Origin: Marsupella aquatica
Taxonomy: Eukaryota > Plantae > Marchantiophyta
Length of the DNA stretch: 64,000 nt
Direction of reading: 5' to 3'
Assembly (NCBI GenBank): GCA_973895155.1
Contig: OZ316893.1
Coordinates: 25,966,798-26,030,797 of the forward strand
The notes below the pieces were generated by a model that was not told the origin of the DNA, ran no database searches, and saw only the letters and a list, made by a program, of their open reading frames with translations. Positions within the stretch are counted from its first letter, which is position 1. The number at the start of each line of letters is the position of its first letter. Shown here piece by piece: positions 12,247 through 24,759 of this stretch. The position numbers and the translations under genes were made by a program.

Positions 12247-14145
12247 TCATATAAACTGCCGAAGGAATTCAGCTGCCACCAGGCGACCCCTTGTGTTCAC
12301 AGACAACTTTAGCTCACTGATTTCTTTATCAATATCCTGCAAAGAGTTGTCACGACTTCAGTCACAAGCAAAAGCGAGTTGTTAAAAGCAGGCAATTCTC
12401 TTCCAGTTTGTTCATAGCTGAGAACCTACAGGTTGGAAAGTGACATACATTCATTAATGAATAGTCTCCTTCGTTATTGAAGCTATTCGCGTATAGAAAT
12501 TGGGTCAAGATACCCGGCCAAGCTGTCTCCGTGATCATACTATTAACAATAAGCATAGCATCACTGCAGTTTATACTCAATTTGTTGATATTGTGGGTAT
12601 TAGTGATTTGTAAGATCGGAGATTAGCAAATGATAACTCCACGATAGACCTAGAATCCTTCCAAGATTTCATAATAATGTAATGGTACAAACCTCCATAA
12701 ATGAGATGATAAAATCGATCAACTTACGTTTGAACATCGTCTCGCAGTGGAAATTTGTGACCAGAAAGCTTATGTCGTATCCCTGCAGACGTTTCCAATG
12801 ATGTGCAGAATATGTCAAAAACTATCAACATCCAGCCAAAAGATTAATATCAAAAGGCACGTCGAAATTAAGGGGTCGTAAATATTTTTATGTGGAACAA
12901 GAACTGGCCAAATTCCAAAAGCTAATAATCACATCTCCACATAGATGAGCTAATACATCCACCAAACATAATATAATAAAAATTTACGGTATCATCAATT
13001 GTTACCCACGGGTTTCCGTCGTAATAAGCCTCAGCCCGCATGGACAAAAATCGCAAAAACTTCTTAGCCAAGATGTTCTCGAGTTCATCAGCTTGTTTTA
13101 CCTGCAGACCATGAACAATGTCAGCAACAACACTAGTCTGCTTACATAAAGTGCGTACTTAGGTCTGTTCCATGAAATTGACCCTAGCATCACAACATCA
13201 ACAGACCATGACCCAAGGAATGCAAGACCCTCACTTATATTCTAATGCGATGACAACCCATTATGAACTCCTCAAGTAACACCAAAATTCCCTACTGCAG
13301 GCAACATCTACGGGGGGCACTGGTTTATGTCAACAAAATTGAGACCCTCAGAGCATTTACATGGCCAACTTCACAAAATCCATGCAAGTTCGAAAGTCTG
13401 AAGAAAAAGCGGGGCAAGGCCTACTCGTAAGATATTCCGTTAGGAGGACATGGACCACCAACCTTGATACAAATGCGAATAGAATTGACAGAGACTTCTA
13501 TCAAACATTTTCTGCTTCATTTCTGCATATAAGGACCTGAACAGTCGCGCAATAGTTCAGTAATAAAAACGAGAGAACGAAACATTCTGAGGGGACATCT
13601 GTACAATCCTCGAAAGTGAATCACACAAGATTACTTCAAGAAAAATGGAAAGACGAACTGAATTTACTTTGGAGTCCACGGACCCCTTCTTGGAGCACAC
13701 AAGGACCGAGAACGACAAAAAGGAAGAACGAAGGGTTGGACATACAGGATTGAGCAGAAGTTCGGGACTTGTCCTGCATTTGATAGGAACAGAAACTGTC
13801 AGTGTCAGTAAAAAATCGCTCTTCAGCTCCTAGTTGATTTGTTAATGCCTAGTGCATCTGCAAAGGAAGAACAATCTCATCCGCCCTGAAAATGTTTGAG
13901 CAAGATGAAAGTAACTGTATCGACTTTCGAGATAGATATGGTGCACAGGACTGGCTCCAAACGGAATAAGAAGCCTCCTGACAAGGAAAATTCTGCGTTT
14001 CCATCCAAAACTCAATTTTCCTACAGCTACTCAATGAGAATCACGATGAGGTTACCTTGACTACAAAAAGGATGTATACCTGTAGACACCTGGCTGCCGT
14101 AAGCGTATTTCGGATGCATGTTGGGTAGGGCTTTAAAGTATTTGC
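12247..14145 (-). pseudogene. ARPC4: ARP2/3 complex subunit 4 pseudogene with introns retained
   Basis: Exons 14080-14145 ANTLKPYPTCIRNTLTAARCLQ; 13975-13992 NFPCQE; 13746-13773 TSPELLLNP; 13463-13536 VLICRNEAE/CLIEVSVNSIRICIK (74 nt, frameshift); 13006-13101 [25 protein letters not shown] with 7-nt and 2-nt deletions; 12693-12782 [30 protein letters not shown]; 12247-12336 [41 protein letters not shown] is not intact. Confidence 0.9.
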
Positions 14146-14994
14146 CTGCCATCGAAATGTCTCCTGATTATAATATGGAAATGTAAACCGTGTTGGAGCC
14201 AGAGGCACCACTACAATCCATATATTGCAGGCCATGATCGCAAATCAGCAGCAAGGGAGCATGAATGCTACAGTGGATTGCATTGCAAACTCCCTTGAAT
14301 TAATGGTCATATATACTTTTCTCTAGATGACGAGACCGTATTCAGAACAGAGTGTACAGTGTTGCATGTTCTTCTTCCTTGGCTGTTCCGAATGAACATT
14401 GTTCCAGAAAAAAGACATCCAGGTCACATAACACCAAGGAGTCCAACATCGAACAAGCTGCTCTCGGATGACTTCGAGAAGTGACATGAATTAACCTTCC
14501 TATGAGCACAATCGCCAAAATTGTGGCTGCTAAGACCACAGTTGCGTCGCCGTACCCTCATTCTCAAACTCACCGCAACAACAATGCAGAAGGGGGCGAC
14601 TACAGGACTTCAACACAACGAGGGCCATTGACCGAAAGAGGCTGAAACACACACCATTGAGCACCGCTGTTCGGGAATCAGGAGTTCAATCACTCAATAT
14701 CACAACAGCTGCAGCTGATTGGCAATGTAAGAAGAACGCATAAAAATCTCAATGGAATCGATGAGGTCTCAAACTACAGCAACTTCGCGAGAGGAGGCGA
14801 GTGTTGAGGATTGGAAGAAACCCAGACACGGAAGTGATCAGAGCTCTCGAGCACCGACACACCGCCATCCAAAGCTAATTCTTCACGTGCCGTCGAACAT
14901 GCTTCGACGTGACTCGCGTGCACGAAATTCACGTTTACTCATGTGACTTGAGTATAATTCATTGCCTGAATTGTCGAGGCTTTTAGCGTACTCC

Positions 14995-15715
14995 CCCTTC
15001 ATGAAACAAAAGCTAGGATGTACCTATTCATTGTCCCTGCCCATCCCCATGGACTTTTCTTGGAACAAAAGCCAGGATGTACCTATTCAAAGTCCCTGCC
15101 CATCCCATGGACTTTTCATGAAACAAAGGCCAGGATGGACCTACACATTGTCCCTACTCATAACCATTGAACAAGTAAGGCGCAGTAGTAGTAGTTTTTA
15201 CAGTAAAAAGAAAAGCCCGGATGAACCGAGACATTGTCCCTGCCCATCCCCATCCCATGGACTGCATAAAGCAATTGTAGTTTTTTACACCAAAAAGAAA
15301 AGCCCGGATGGACCGGGGCAATGTCCCTGCCCATTCCCATGGACTGTGTAAAGCAATCCTTGTTTTATACCAAAAAGAAAACAAAATTGGTTGTGATCCT
15401 GAGTAATGGACGTCTTGATGTCTTGATGTCTTTCAGGTTCAAGGTCCTCAAATCCTCAAGTTACCCAGTTGCCGAGGAAATAGTTTCAATAATGTGCTTA
15501 GGTTCACGGTCGTCTAATAGTCAAGTTAGTGAGTAAACCAGTTTAGTAATGTGCTGCAAATGGTAACAAGACCATTTACACATCATATTTAAGTCAAAAG
15601 TGTAAACAGTGTTATTTGAGTCAGTTTAAATGTTTTGAACAAGTTCATCTAAGCTTTGTCAGTGCATCTAGGCTTCATTGACAAAGTGGAGGTCCATCAC
15701 AGCTTCAGTTTCCCC
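14995..15715. repeat. dispersed repeat with tandem cattgtccctgcccatcccatggac units; second copy at about 53915-54377
   Basis: About 5 tandem units at 15000-15380, followed by sequence matching 54150-54377 (gtcaaaagtgtaaaca, gacaaagtggaggtccatc). Confidence 0.8.
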
Positions 15716-16756
15716 TTTTCATTGTCTCTTTTTACCTTGAAAGTAAATGAAGAACACTGAGGAGACTCTCCCCACCCAGAGTGACATACATTCACTAGAG
15801 AGATCTCAAGTTAGAGATGATTTTAGATTTTAGAAAGTCTAAATGGGAAACATTTCTAGCATTTCTTCCTTCACACAAGATAACATTGCAACCCTCCCAA
15901 ATTGTTTTTTGAAAAAAAAACTCTTTCAAGCAAGAGAACGGTAGCCACCCTCCATATTCTAAATCCTCTTAGACTTTACTGCCACTCAGCTTTGAGAGTT
16001 TGGGGCAATAGACAGCAGCATTCTGAAATTGGGGTTCCCACCATATTGTTTCTGAATTTCTTGAATTTCTCTATGTATTTTCTAGGAAAATGGGCGTGCA
16101 AGATTTGGATCCACTATTAATGAAGATTCTCCTTTGAAATTAGTAAAATGAAAAATCTCTTAGACCTTTTGGTGTATTAAGGTCCTGTTACCAAGAGCAT
16201 CAATGGCTTAAGATTCAAGCTGAAACCCTTTAAGGGCATTATATTACACAACGCCCAAAACATTAGTAGCCCCTTAAAAGTCAGAGCTACCAGGGCATTA
16301 TGGCAAATAACTGCCCCTTAAAATTCAAGCTGAAACTCTTTAGGGGCATAATATTACACTATGCCCAAAACATTCCAGGCAGTAATAGCCCCTCAAAATT
16401 CAAGAGGTAACTTTTGGGGGGCATGATATCCCACAATGCCTTCTAGACAGAATTTTTTCTACATAAGCAAACCCCTCCAAACAGTTTTCTCTTTGTAGAT
16501 CCAGCTTGGTCTCGGTTATGAGATTGTAGCCCCCTGGCAAGCCTGCCTGGATGGTTATCCAATTTGAAAATAGAGCACAATTACACTCCTGCTTATGCTC
16601 AGTAATCTATGGCCACGCTGGGATTACTTCCCATAAAAGCCCTTGGGGCCACTGGTTAGCCACTGGTTAGCCTAAGTGTTACCATCACTTAGTAGCAAAA
16701 TTTAGCTACATTCCACCTCTTTAGAAAGTCTTCCAAATGCAGGAATCCATTGCTCG

Positions 16757-17063
16757 TCAATTGGGCTACATGACATTTGTTCTACTAGCTCCATATTGCA
16801 CAAATGCCAAGGAATCCCAACTTGGTGTTCGAAAGGCTAGCTAACACTTGCTCATTTCTTTTGAGTTTGGTTTTTGTCCAAAGTTTTGCTTGTTCTTTTT
16901 TGTTTGTTCTTTTGTACTCTCTTTGGCCCCTTCTGTACAAGGTTTGTTGTGACTATTCACTGCACCTCAATTGGGCTACATGACATTTGTTATCCCAGCT
17001 CCATATTGCGCAAAATGCGAAGGAAACCCAGCTTCGTGTTGGAAAGGCCAGCTAACACTCGCT
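16757..17063. repeat. pair of direct repeats of about 95 bp
   Basis: tcaattgggctacatgacatttgtt...gctccatattgc...gaaaggc(t/c)agctaacact at about 16757-16853 and 16968-17063. Confidence 0.85.
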
Positions 17064-18299
17064 ATAGAAACTCCATCTTCCCAATGCAAAGAAAACCCAG
17101 CTAATAAGTATTGAAAAGGCTGTGTTCTGCAGATGAAAATGCAAATTCATGAAGGAGTCCATGCATCTCCAGTGGGTGGTAGAAGGGAGTTTCTCAAGTT
17201 CCTTTGCTCTTAAAGGATCATGGATAGCCAATTTCATGGATCGTTCTTGACGACATGGAATCTGAACTGTTTCTCTCAAAATCTCCAAGCAGGCCGCAAT
17301 TGCAGTTCTAGTTTACCAATACAAGGATAGTCGATGTGCAATCTGTGAGGATACTCAATACATTTTGCTCTGGTACTGTACATACATCTGTCATGGGCGC
17401 AAAGAAGGCGGAAAGCTTAACCATCTTTATCCATGCATTTACTGTTTCCTTCCAGAAAGTCACAGACCTACAGTCATGCTTGTTGCTCTGAAGTACATCA
17501 TGCATGATGTGAACAGGAACTAAAAATCACCATTGCTGGATGGTCAATTGAGTTGCATGACAGAAACTCAGGAACCCATAAACACTCTCAATTTGAGCAA
17601 AACTGGGGAGCTTTCCGGATTGTGAAGAAAGAGGAAAAACGCCCCCGATCAATTGCGCTCACACAATTTCACGAATGTTACATAGAATTCAAGACGTTGT
17701 ACAGTTTTCCAGCAGGCAGATAATTCGAGAGTGTTTTCGAGATTGATCTTCTTTTAGGCTGGAGAAAACATTTTGGTATGCTTTCATTCGCCCTTTGCAA
17801 TGATCCTCCGAATCCAACAAAATTTACCACAAGGCGGGGAAATTAGATACTGTTGAGGATATCGTTCTCTTGTAGGCTGGATAATCCATTTCGGCATAAT
17901 TTCATTGGCACTTTGTAATGATCCTCGCGACATGGCATGCAGTGGCCGGGTATACACTACAACTGCAATGACGATATCGGCCTAATGTGAAGTAGTTCGA
18001 TAGTTCTTAGGGTAGACGTAGGTCATCAAAATCATACGATAATCACTTAAGAGTTCAATTCCACAACCAGACACATTTTCTTTCTTGGAAGATAAGCTTG
18101 AGGACTATCCTTCTGTCATCATTTAATCAGATGACAGAACAGATCCAAGACAACCCCACAAAAATTGCTTCCCTCCAATAATCCGACGTTCTCCTCTAGT
18201 ATATTATATATCGCATCAATCTGAATATGAAGATTTATGTACCAGTTTGAAAAACATCAAAAACTTTATTACCTTCCTAGAAGAGGATTTAAACGTTCC

Positions 18300-20427
18300 T
18301 CATGCTTGCCTGCCTAGATTCTCCTCTCTACTAACCAATTAGTCGTAAAGATTTCAGGAGACGAGTAGAGTGGCAAAGTGATCAATGTGGAGATTACCTA
18401 GAATTACCTTTTCTTCCTTCTACACTTCGCACTTTTGCCGTGTCCTCGATAGTCCTTTCCTGGACCATCTCCACCAACCTTCACCAGAAATACATAAAGT
18501 TGCAGTTTAGACATAAAATGTGATCGTAGCATGCACTACATACAACTTTTCTTGCTTCACAACTGTGATAAAAGAAAATTACACGAAAGAGGAAAACGAA
18601 ATTGTTCCAGAACAGTTCGTCCCTGCCACACAGATGATTACCCCCATGCAAAATGCTTCGGAAGAGAGATTTGGTGATGCCGCGGAGCAATCTGCAGTTG
18701 TAGAATTTTCTGTAATAGATGTTTGGAAAGCAGAGGCAAAATTGTTCTGGGTGGAAAGATTGACAAAATCTTGAGCTGGAGTAACATGAGAAATTTGTGG
18801 CTCCTTGAAAACTGAAGCTTGGGTCGAAATCAAATTGAGGAACTCTCCGTCTAACCAATGGTCAAATAAGTCGGGGACCCGGCCAAGATTCGGATGCGGT
18901 TGAGGACAAGATGTGGTGGGTTTCTCAAATTCAGAGGAAAATTCTCTGGCCCCGTTAACACTATCGCCCCAAAAGCTGTACTGTGAGCAACCACTAGCTT
19001 TGAAGAGATTAGGGTGCGGTTTCGGAGGAGAGTCCGCTGTGGGAGGTTGATTCGTTTTGGGCTGCTCCGGGCAGGAAGTCGTAGCATTCAAGCCAAATTG
19101 TTCGCAATCTCGAGCATCATCTTCGGTATCGGCGACAGTCGTGTAAAGATTACTCGCCTCCTGAAATTCTTGGTCGGCGGAGCTCTGCTGGACAAAAATA
19201 TACAATTCCCCGATGAGTCAACTTTCTCAAACGAGTCAATCTCGTCTAGCTTAAGACGACGAAGACGACGACTAGGTCTGGGAAGGTTGAGACGATACCT
19301 TGGAACAAGCAGGGCTGGCTTCCTTCATTTTCTTAAAAAGCTCTTCGATGAAATCACTAAAGCTCTGCAAAGTGACAGAGAAAAACCTTCAGCGAAGTAG
19401 TGCAGGTCAATCGTGAGGCAGCTAAGGGTAAGAAACTAGAACTGCTAGTGTCATATCCTAACCCAGTGTACTGCACAATTCTGCGTTGAGAAAATTGAAA
19501 CAAATCACGACCAACTCTGACATTTGAGTGGAGGGAAGCTCACAGGATCATCATCAACGTCCAGTCCATGGTCATACATCAATCTCTTGGTCTCGTCAGA
19601 CAGAACTGCATAAACAAGACACGGGTATATTACCGGGAGTATTTCCAATGACTTCAATTCGAACTTACCAAAACAATGGAAAAAGACAAGTTACTTAGGC
19701 CTTAAAATTGGACGGACAAGTGCCGTCGAATGACTGTGTAAGTGACTAGGAAGAATCGATGTTTCAAGATGAACCCACCTGAATAAGCTTCCTGGACAAC
19801 TTGGAATTTCAGCTTCGCTTGCTCTCTAGCCTCACCTTTCGCGTTCGAGCACTTGTCTGGATGCCATCTCTAAAACGCAAGCCCGGAAAGAGAACAAAGA
19901 AAACAGACGGGTCAATGTCCAGCATTGGCGCAGGAGAATTTCTACACGCCCGCAAGGCAGAATGAGGCCTCAAGTCACTGCCAACCAATGCATATATTCA
20001 ACGACCCACAACTCCAGCCAGCTCTGCCTGGTCAGCGAAAGTAAAGCTGGGGCTCCGAGCGCATGAGCAAATTCCTTCCCATAGCAAACCGCGGACTGCG
20101 AGCACAATTACATAGCAATTCACTGTTGTTACACTTTTTGAAAACAAACTCATTTTACCAAAAGCCTTTTGTTCATATCTTTCGTTTGTGGGAGAGTTCG
20201 GCAAATGTGTGTGCTTCCGTCACCTTGTTCCAGCTCAACGTGCCAAGTACTGGAAATCACACTCAGCCACGATCAATGCTCTACAACAGGACCCAAACCC
20301 GGAGACTGCAGCGAGACCCACTAACCATAGCGAGCTTCCGGTACGCAGTCCGAATTTCAGCCGCAGTCGACCCTTTCTCCACACCAAGGATACTGTAGAA
20401 GCATTTGAGGCTGGGACAGTTCTCCAT
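18300..20427 (-). CDS. type III J-domain (DnaJ) protein with long low-complexity C-terminus (exons 20326-20427, 19779-19869, 19544-19605, 19299-19364, approx. 18641-19188; 3' exons uncertain)
   Basis: MENCPSLKCFYSILGVEKGSTAAEIRTAYRKLAM|RWHPDKC...KLKFQVVQEAYS|VLSDETKRLMYD; HPD motif; phase-consistent GT-AG introns. Confidence 0.85.
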
Positions 20428-20973
20428 TGCGTTCAAAATTCCGGCTCCACTCCGCTCAAACCATCAGCAGCAAATGCCCCACGCCACAAACAAACCCTCG
20501 GCTCCTAATCCTCCACTTCAAACTCATGCTCGTGCTCGTGCTACTCGTTGTCCGTCCCCTCCCCTCACGTGCTCAGTCATAGAGAACCTACCATACCACA
20601 ATTGCTTCCTGCTCGTGCTCGCGAGACGGGCGAAGATGTCGATGCCGAAATCATCCTCATGCAGATCGACGATCTCACCTACACCAAACCAACGAACCTC
20701 CAGACCGCAAATCGTCGTCGCAGCACGCGGGAATCCTCGAAACACAGGGAATTATTATTACAACAGTGCACCACTACCGCCGACGCTTGATACACAACAA
20801 TTACTCGACCAATTGCTCTCGCTCCAAGACCACTCCCTGCTTCAGTGTCGCAGACACCATATTCGCTGCAATGCGGAGATCGCGATCACTCCAGCAACAA
20901 TCCAACGTACACACGACAACAGCTACACCAAGACGTTTCTAGAAGGTCCTGTTGTGTGAGACGACACCAGCCG

Positions 20974-21096
20974 AGAATAGAATACATTCATCAATAGAAT
21001 ATAATCGAATGAATAGAATAGAAGGAATACAATACAATACAATTGAGTAAAATAGAATAGAATAGAAGAGAAGAGAAGAGAAGAGAGGAGAGGAGA
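20974..21096. repeat. (AATAG/AATAC/AAGAG/AGGAG)n microsatellite upstream of the J-protein gene
   Basis: Directly visible. Confidence 0.9.
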
Positions 21097-22337
21097 GCGG
21101 TGCGATGAAATGTGACGAGAAAAAGAGCAGTTCACCTGAATCAGGTGGAGGAAACATCGAGAAGGTCCCGAGAATAATATTTGCTGGAGCGACACAATGA
21201 ATGATGGTGCAGTATCTTCATATCATCATCAACTCATCACCTGATCACCCTCTTTCTTATTTCGTGTCATCATCAAATCATCAATGGCCTGTTCCTCACA
21301 GGCATTTATTGACTCATTAATTACACTCTCCGGGCCCACTGTTAAATCACCGGTGTCCATTTTCAAATCCAGGTCACCCCAATTTATTAATAATGTTCTC
21401 GTTTAAATTATTGAGAGATATGTTTGGCTGACCCCTAATTGAAAAGTACTCGTTGATTGGAACCCATGAGATTTTAAAAATGGACAGATGTATTTGATGG
21501 ACCCTATGAGAGCTTGGATAGAACGATTTAAAGGTCTATCAAGAGTCTAGATCAATCCTTGCCAATTTACTAAATGGAAAATAGCTTTGACTAGGATCTT
21601 GCTATCTTCACACAAAATAACACCCCCCAAACAAAAAATCTCCCCCTTCATACAAGAGGACCTCTGCAATCCTCATCATTAAAACAAACTTTTAAAATTT
21701 TGTGTCAGTCACATTTCAGAGTTAGTGCTGATAGAGAGGAGCGTTCCGTGGGGTTCTGAAATTGGGTACCCACCATAATGTTTCTCAACCTCACCATGAC
21801 CATTGCTATTTGTGGCTAAAATCAGCTACAAGATTCCACCTCTCCAAAAAAAATCTTTCTTCCTTCATCCTTTAGACAATATCCCACCTAGCCAGTCCAT
21901 TAGCCAGAATCAAACAATCATCCTTAAATATAGGGAGTAGGGAGACCTGATGGTCAAAAAATAATCTAGGAATTAGATAAGGAGTAATCCTAGCATCTTG
22001 TCCAGACATGGCAAAACAGGAAAAAAAAAAAAACTCTCACCTCAGTGTTCCAGAACCTCACCTTCTGCCCATCCATGCAATGCATACATCCAAAGTCCAT
22101 TCAACCATGATTCATTCAAGGACATCATTGTCAACAAGTGTCAAACTATCATTGTACCATTAGTTGAGGAGGACAAAATAGTCACTCTTTGCCCAATTTT
22201 ATAATTTAGAGCGATTGGCAGTATCGATGCATATTAATGCTGAAATCCGTACAGTTAGAGAGACCGCTGCCCGCAGCATTGCCCGACCATAGTATTGAGA
22301 TAACATGACAAAATAAGACTTCAATTCTGTGCAACAG

Positions 22338-22410
22338 ATGCTGTCTCAGCGGTATACGAGCAAAGTTGGGTACCGGCAGGTGCATGGCTCGAATCCTGCC
22401 AGGCACACCA
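22338..22410 (+). pseudogene. degenerate tRNA-like sequence (tRNA pseudogene or SINE head)
   Basis: A-box-like TCTCAGCGGTA..GAGC; B-box/T-arm GCATGGCTCGAATCCTGC; 3' end CAGGCACACCA; TTTT 7 nt downstream; 73 nt long; anticodon arm does not fold. Confidence 0.5.
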
Positions 22411-23713
22411 CTCCTCTTTTGTAACAAACCCCACCCAAAAGTGGGGTTCATTCAGTTCCTTTGACATTTCAAACAAAATTTGCAATCATGCATTTTCTCG
22501 GGCAGCGGACAGGGATGGCCACAGGCAAGGAGCGTGCGAGGCTCATTAATGAGCCTTGATACTATCATTCGACGTGAATGTTTTATTTACTTTAAAACAT
22601 TAATTATGGTGAAGTTTGGAAATGGGTAATATTTTAGGCATTTACTCTTAGGTCCAGGGTTATTATGTAACAACAGTTAGTCAAATCATAGTTAGGTGCT
22701 TGGTCGATAAGTTTTGGCTATTATTTTATTCACTAGCAATACTTAGTTAGTGAGTGGAATTTAGGGTCACTTGATAGATTGGAAGAGCTTTGTCTATGGA
22801 GATCCAACATGACTCATGAGTTTAGAGTTTAGTAATTAAAGCTCTATTGTGCGTTCCCATGGACATAACCTCTAATGAGATAAAGCATGTATTTTTTGTG
22901 TCAACTATTTGTATGTTTGTTGGATGTTGCACATGTGTACTGTCATATGAGTACTTGGCGGTCATCTACTCAACATAAATATGGTGAGATTCTAAGACTA
23001 GATCGATAGTGGATTTTAATAGTTTCTAGTGAGTTCTTATCTTTTCTTTTTGTGGAGCCGATGGATAACACAATACTCTATATCCTCCCTATATCACTCG
23101 GTGATGATAAATATTGTTGAAGCCTCAAAAGGCCAATACAGAGATTGAATCCAACTGCTTAAAATATGGCAACTGTAGGCCGGGTGTTCACAATGTTGAT
23201 GGCCTGGATTTGCACTTAGAATAAAACCATCTGCAATAATACTATTGGCTCCAATCTAGTGGGAAATGGATTAGTTACTACAGTATTCACATTTGTATGT
23301 AAGTTTATGCACATTTTGGGGACAGATGTATGACTGTTTAGGACAATTTGGAGAAATTCAAAATCTGCCACATTACCAAGTTACATCTCATATGGTGAAT
23401 ATGCCGCCAAAAGCACACTCATAAATTTATGGGATGTGCAAGCTAGGGAGCCCATATAATAGTATTGTTTCTCAAAGGGTAGATTTCTTGGTTCTGGTCT
23501 CTACCACAGGCATAAACAAAAACTGCCCTACATTTACCAATGGTTCCCTGGTGAGCCACTATGCACATATGGCCTCACTTATTCCTCCTCACATATGCAA
23601 GTTGACATACCAACCTTAATAGGCAATAATGGTCCATTTTGGGATGATCACACTATAGGGCAATTTTTAGGAAGTGCGCAAAAACAAAAACAAAAAAGAG
23701 AACAAGCCAATAG

Positions 23714-24188
23714 TGTTGGGTATTTACTCTTACGTCTAGGTTAGGTATGACGTGGTTGGTACAACAACGTGGGTTGGTACAACTACGTGGTTAGGTACAA
23801 CTACGTGATTAGGTACAACTATGTGGTTAGGTACAACTACGTGATTAGGTACAACTATGTGGTTAGGTACAACTACGTGATTAGGTACAACTATGTGGTT
23901 AGGTACAACTATGTGGTTAGGTACAACTAAGTTGCACACTATATCATAAGAGGCATGTGTGCTTGGAGAGGTAGAACCAAGGCTCATTGTTATGGAGCCA
24001 CTTGAGAGATAGGGAGAGCTTACACTGTGGAGACTCGGTATAGCCGACGGGCTTAGAGTTCAGTAAAGTTCTCTTGTGTGTTCCCGTGGACGTAGCCTCA
24101 AGGAGGTGAACCACGTATCTCTTGTGTCGACTATTGTGCGTTGGATGGTTCATGGGCTTGCCGTTGCGATCGTCGTCTATGCTCAACA
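23714..24188 (+). repeat. 5' LTR (475 bp)
   Basis: TGTTGGG...CTCAACA; no difference from the 3' LTR seen by eye. Confidence 0.97.
23750..23929 (+). repeat. 10 x 18-bp tandem array in LTR U3 (also 29118-29297)
   Basis: Unit G(G/A)TTAGGTACAACTA(C/T)GT. Confidence 0.95.
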
Positions 24189-24190
24189 AT

Positions 24191-24202
24191 TGGTATCAGA
24201 GC
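24191..24202 (+). promoter_or_regulatory. primer binding site complementary to the initiator Met-tRNA 3' end
   Basis: TGGTATCAGAGC 2 nt after the 5' LTR. Confidence 0.95.
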
Positions 24203-24759
24203 ATGCTTGGGAGGTGACGTGTGTTCGTGACGGGATTTCATGACGGTTTTTCCAGCGTTGAGTGTTGGTGGATTTTCCAGAGTTCCATCGCATGGAACTT
24301 GGAGTTTATGGGCTCAACGGATAGATCAGGGCAAGAGCTTTCTAACGGTGTGAAGAAATCGTTGAACGGAGCTCGTGGTGCAGAGAGATCTAAGTTTTCG
24401 TCGTTCTGGATTTTGTGAAGAAAGTTGGCAATCGACTCGGAGGGAGAAGCGTCAAGTGTTTTGACTCAACGGAGAGATTGAGGCAAGACGATTGTTTTTG
24501 AGTCCGGGATTGGCTCTTTGATGCAAAGAGGAAGGCTAAGCAAAATCAATTACCTTGTTGGACTTGGTGACGGCACCAAGTGCAATTGATCAACATTCGT
24601 TGTTGACAAGACGTGGAACTTGAAGCACGAGGATCACCGCGGAGGTTTCAGGGGCAGAGAGAGGAGCAGGAGGAAGAGCACGTGACACCGATACCATCAC
24701 CGGTGCGGCGTGTGGTGGAGGAAGCAGTACTACTACCGGAGCTCACGGTAAAGAAGAAG

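Noticed and set aside
14554-14576. Candidate first coding micro-exon of ARPC4 (ATGAGG|GTACG or a nearby GTGAGT donor)
   Set aside because: Cannot choose between the alternatives without transcripts or an ortholog
20405-20959. 184-aa + strand ORF and other overlapping ORFs
   Set aside because: Antisense to the GC-rich leader of the J-protein gene; low complexity, no recognisable domain
23750-23929. CRISPR-like appearance of the regular repeat
   Set aside because: No unique spacers, no cas genes, eukaryotic LTR context
23736-23987. Antisense ORF with (VVPNH[I/V])n repeat, also at 29104-29355
   Set aside because: A by-product of the 18-bp LTR array, whose unit length is divisible by 3; no evidence of a protein
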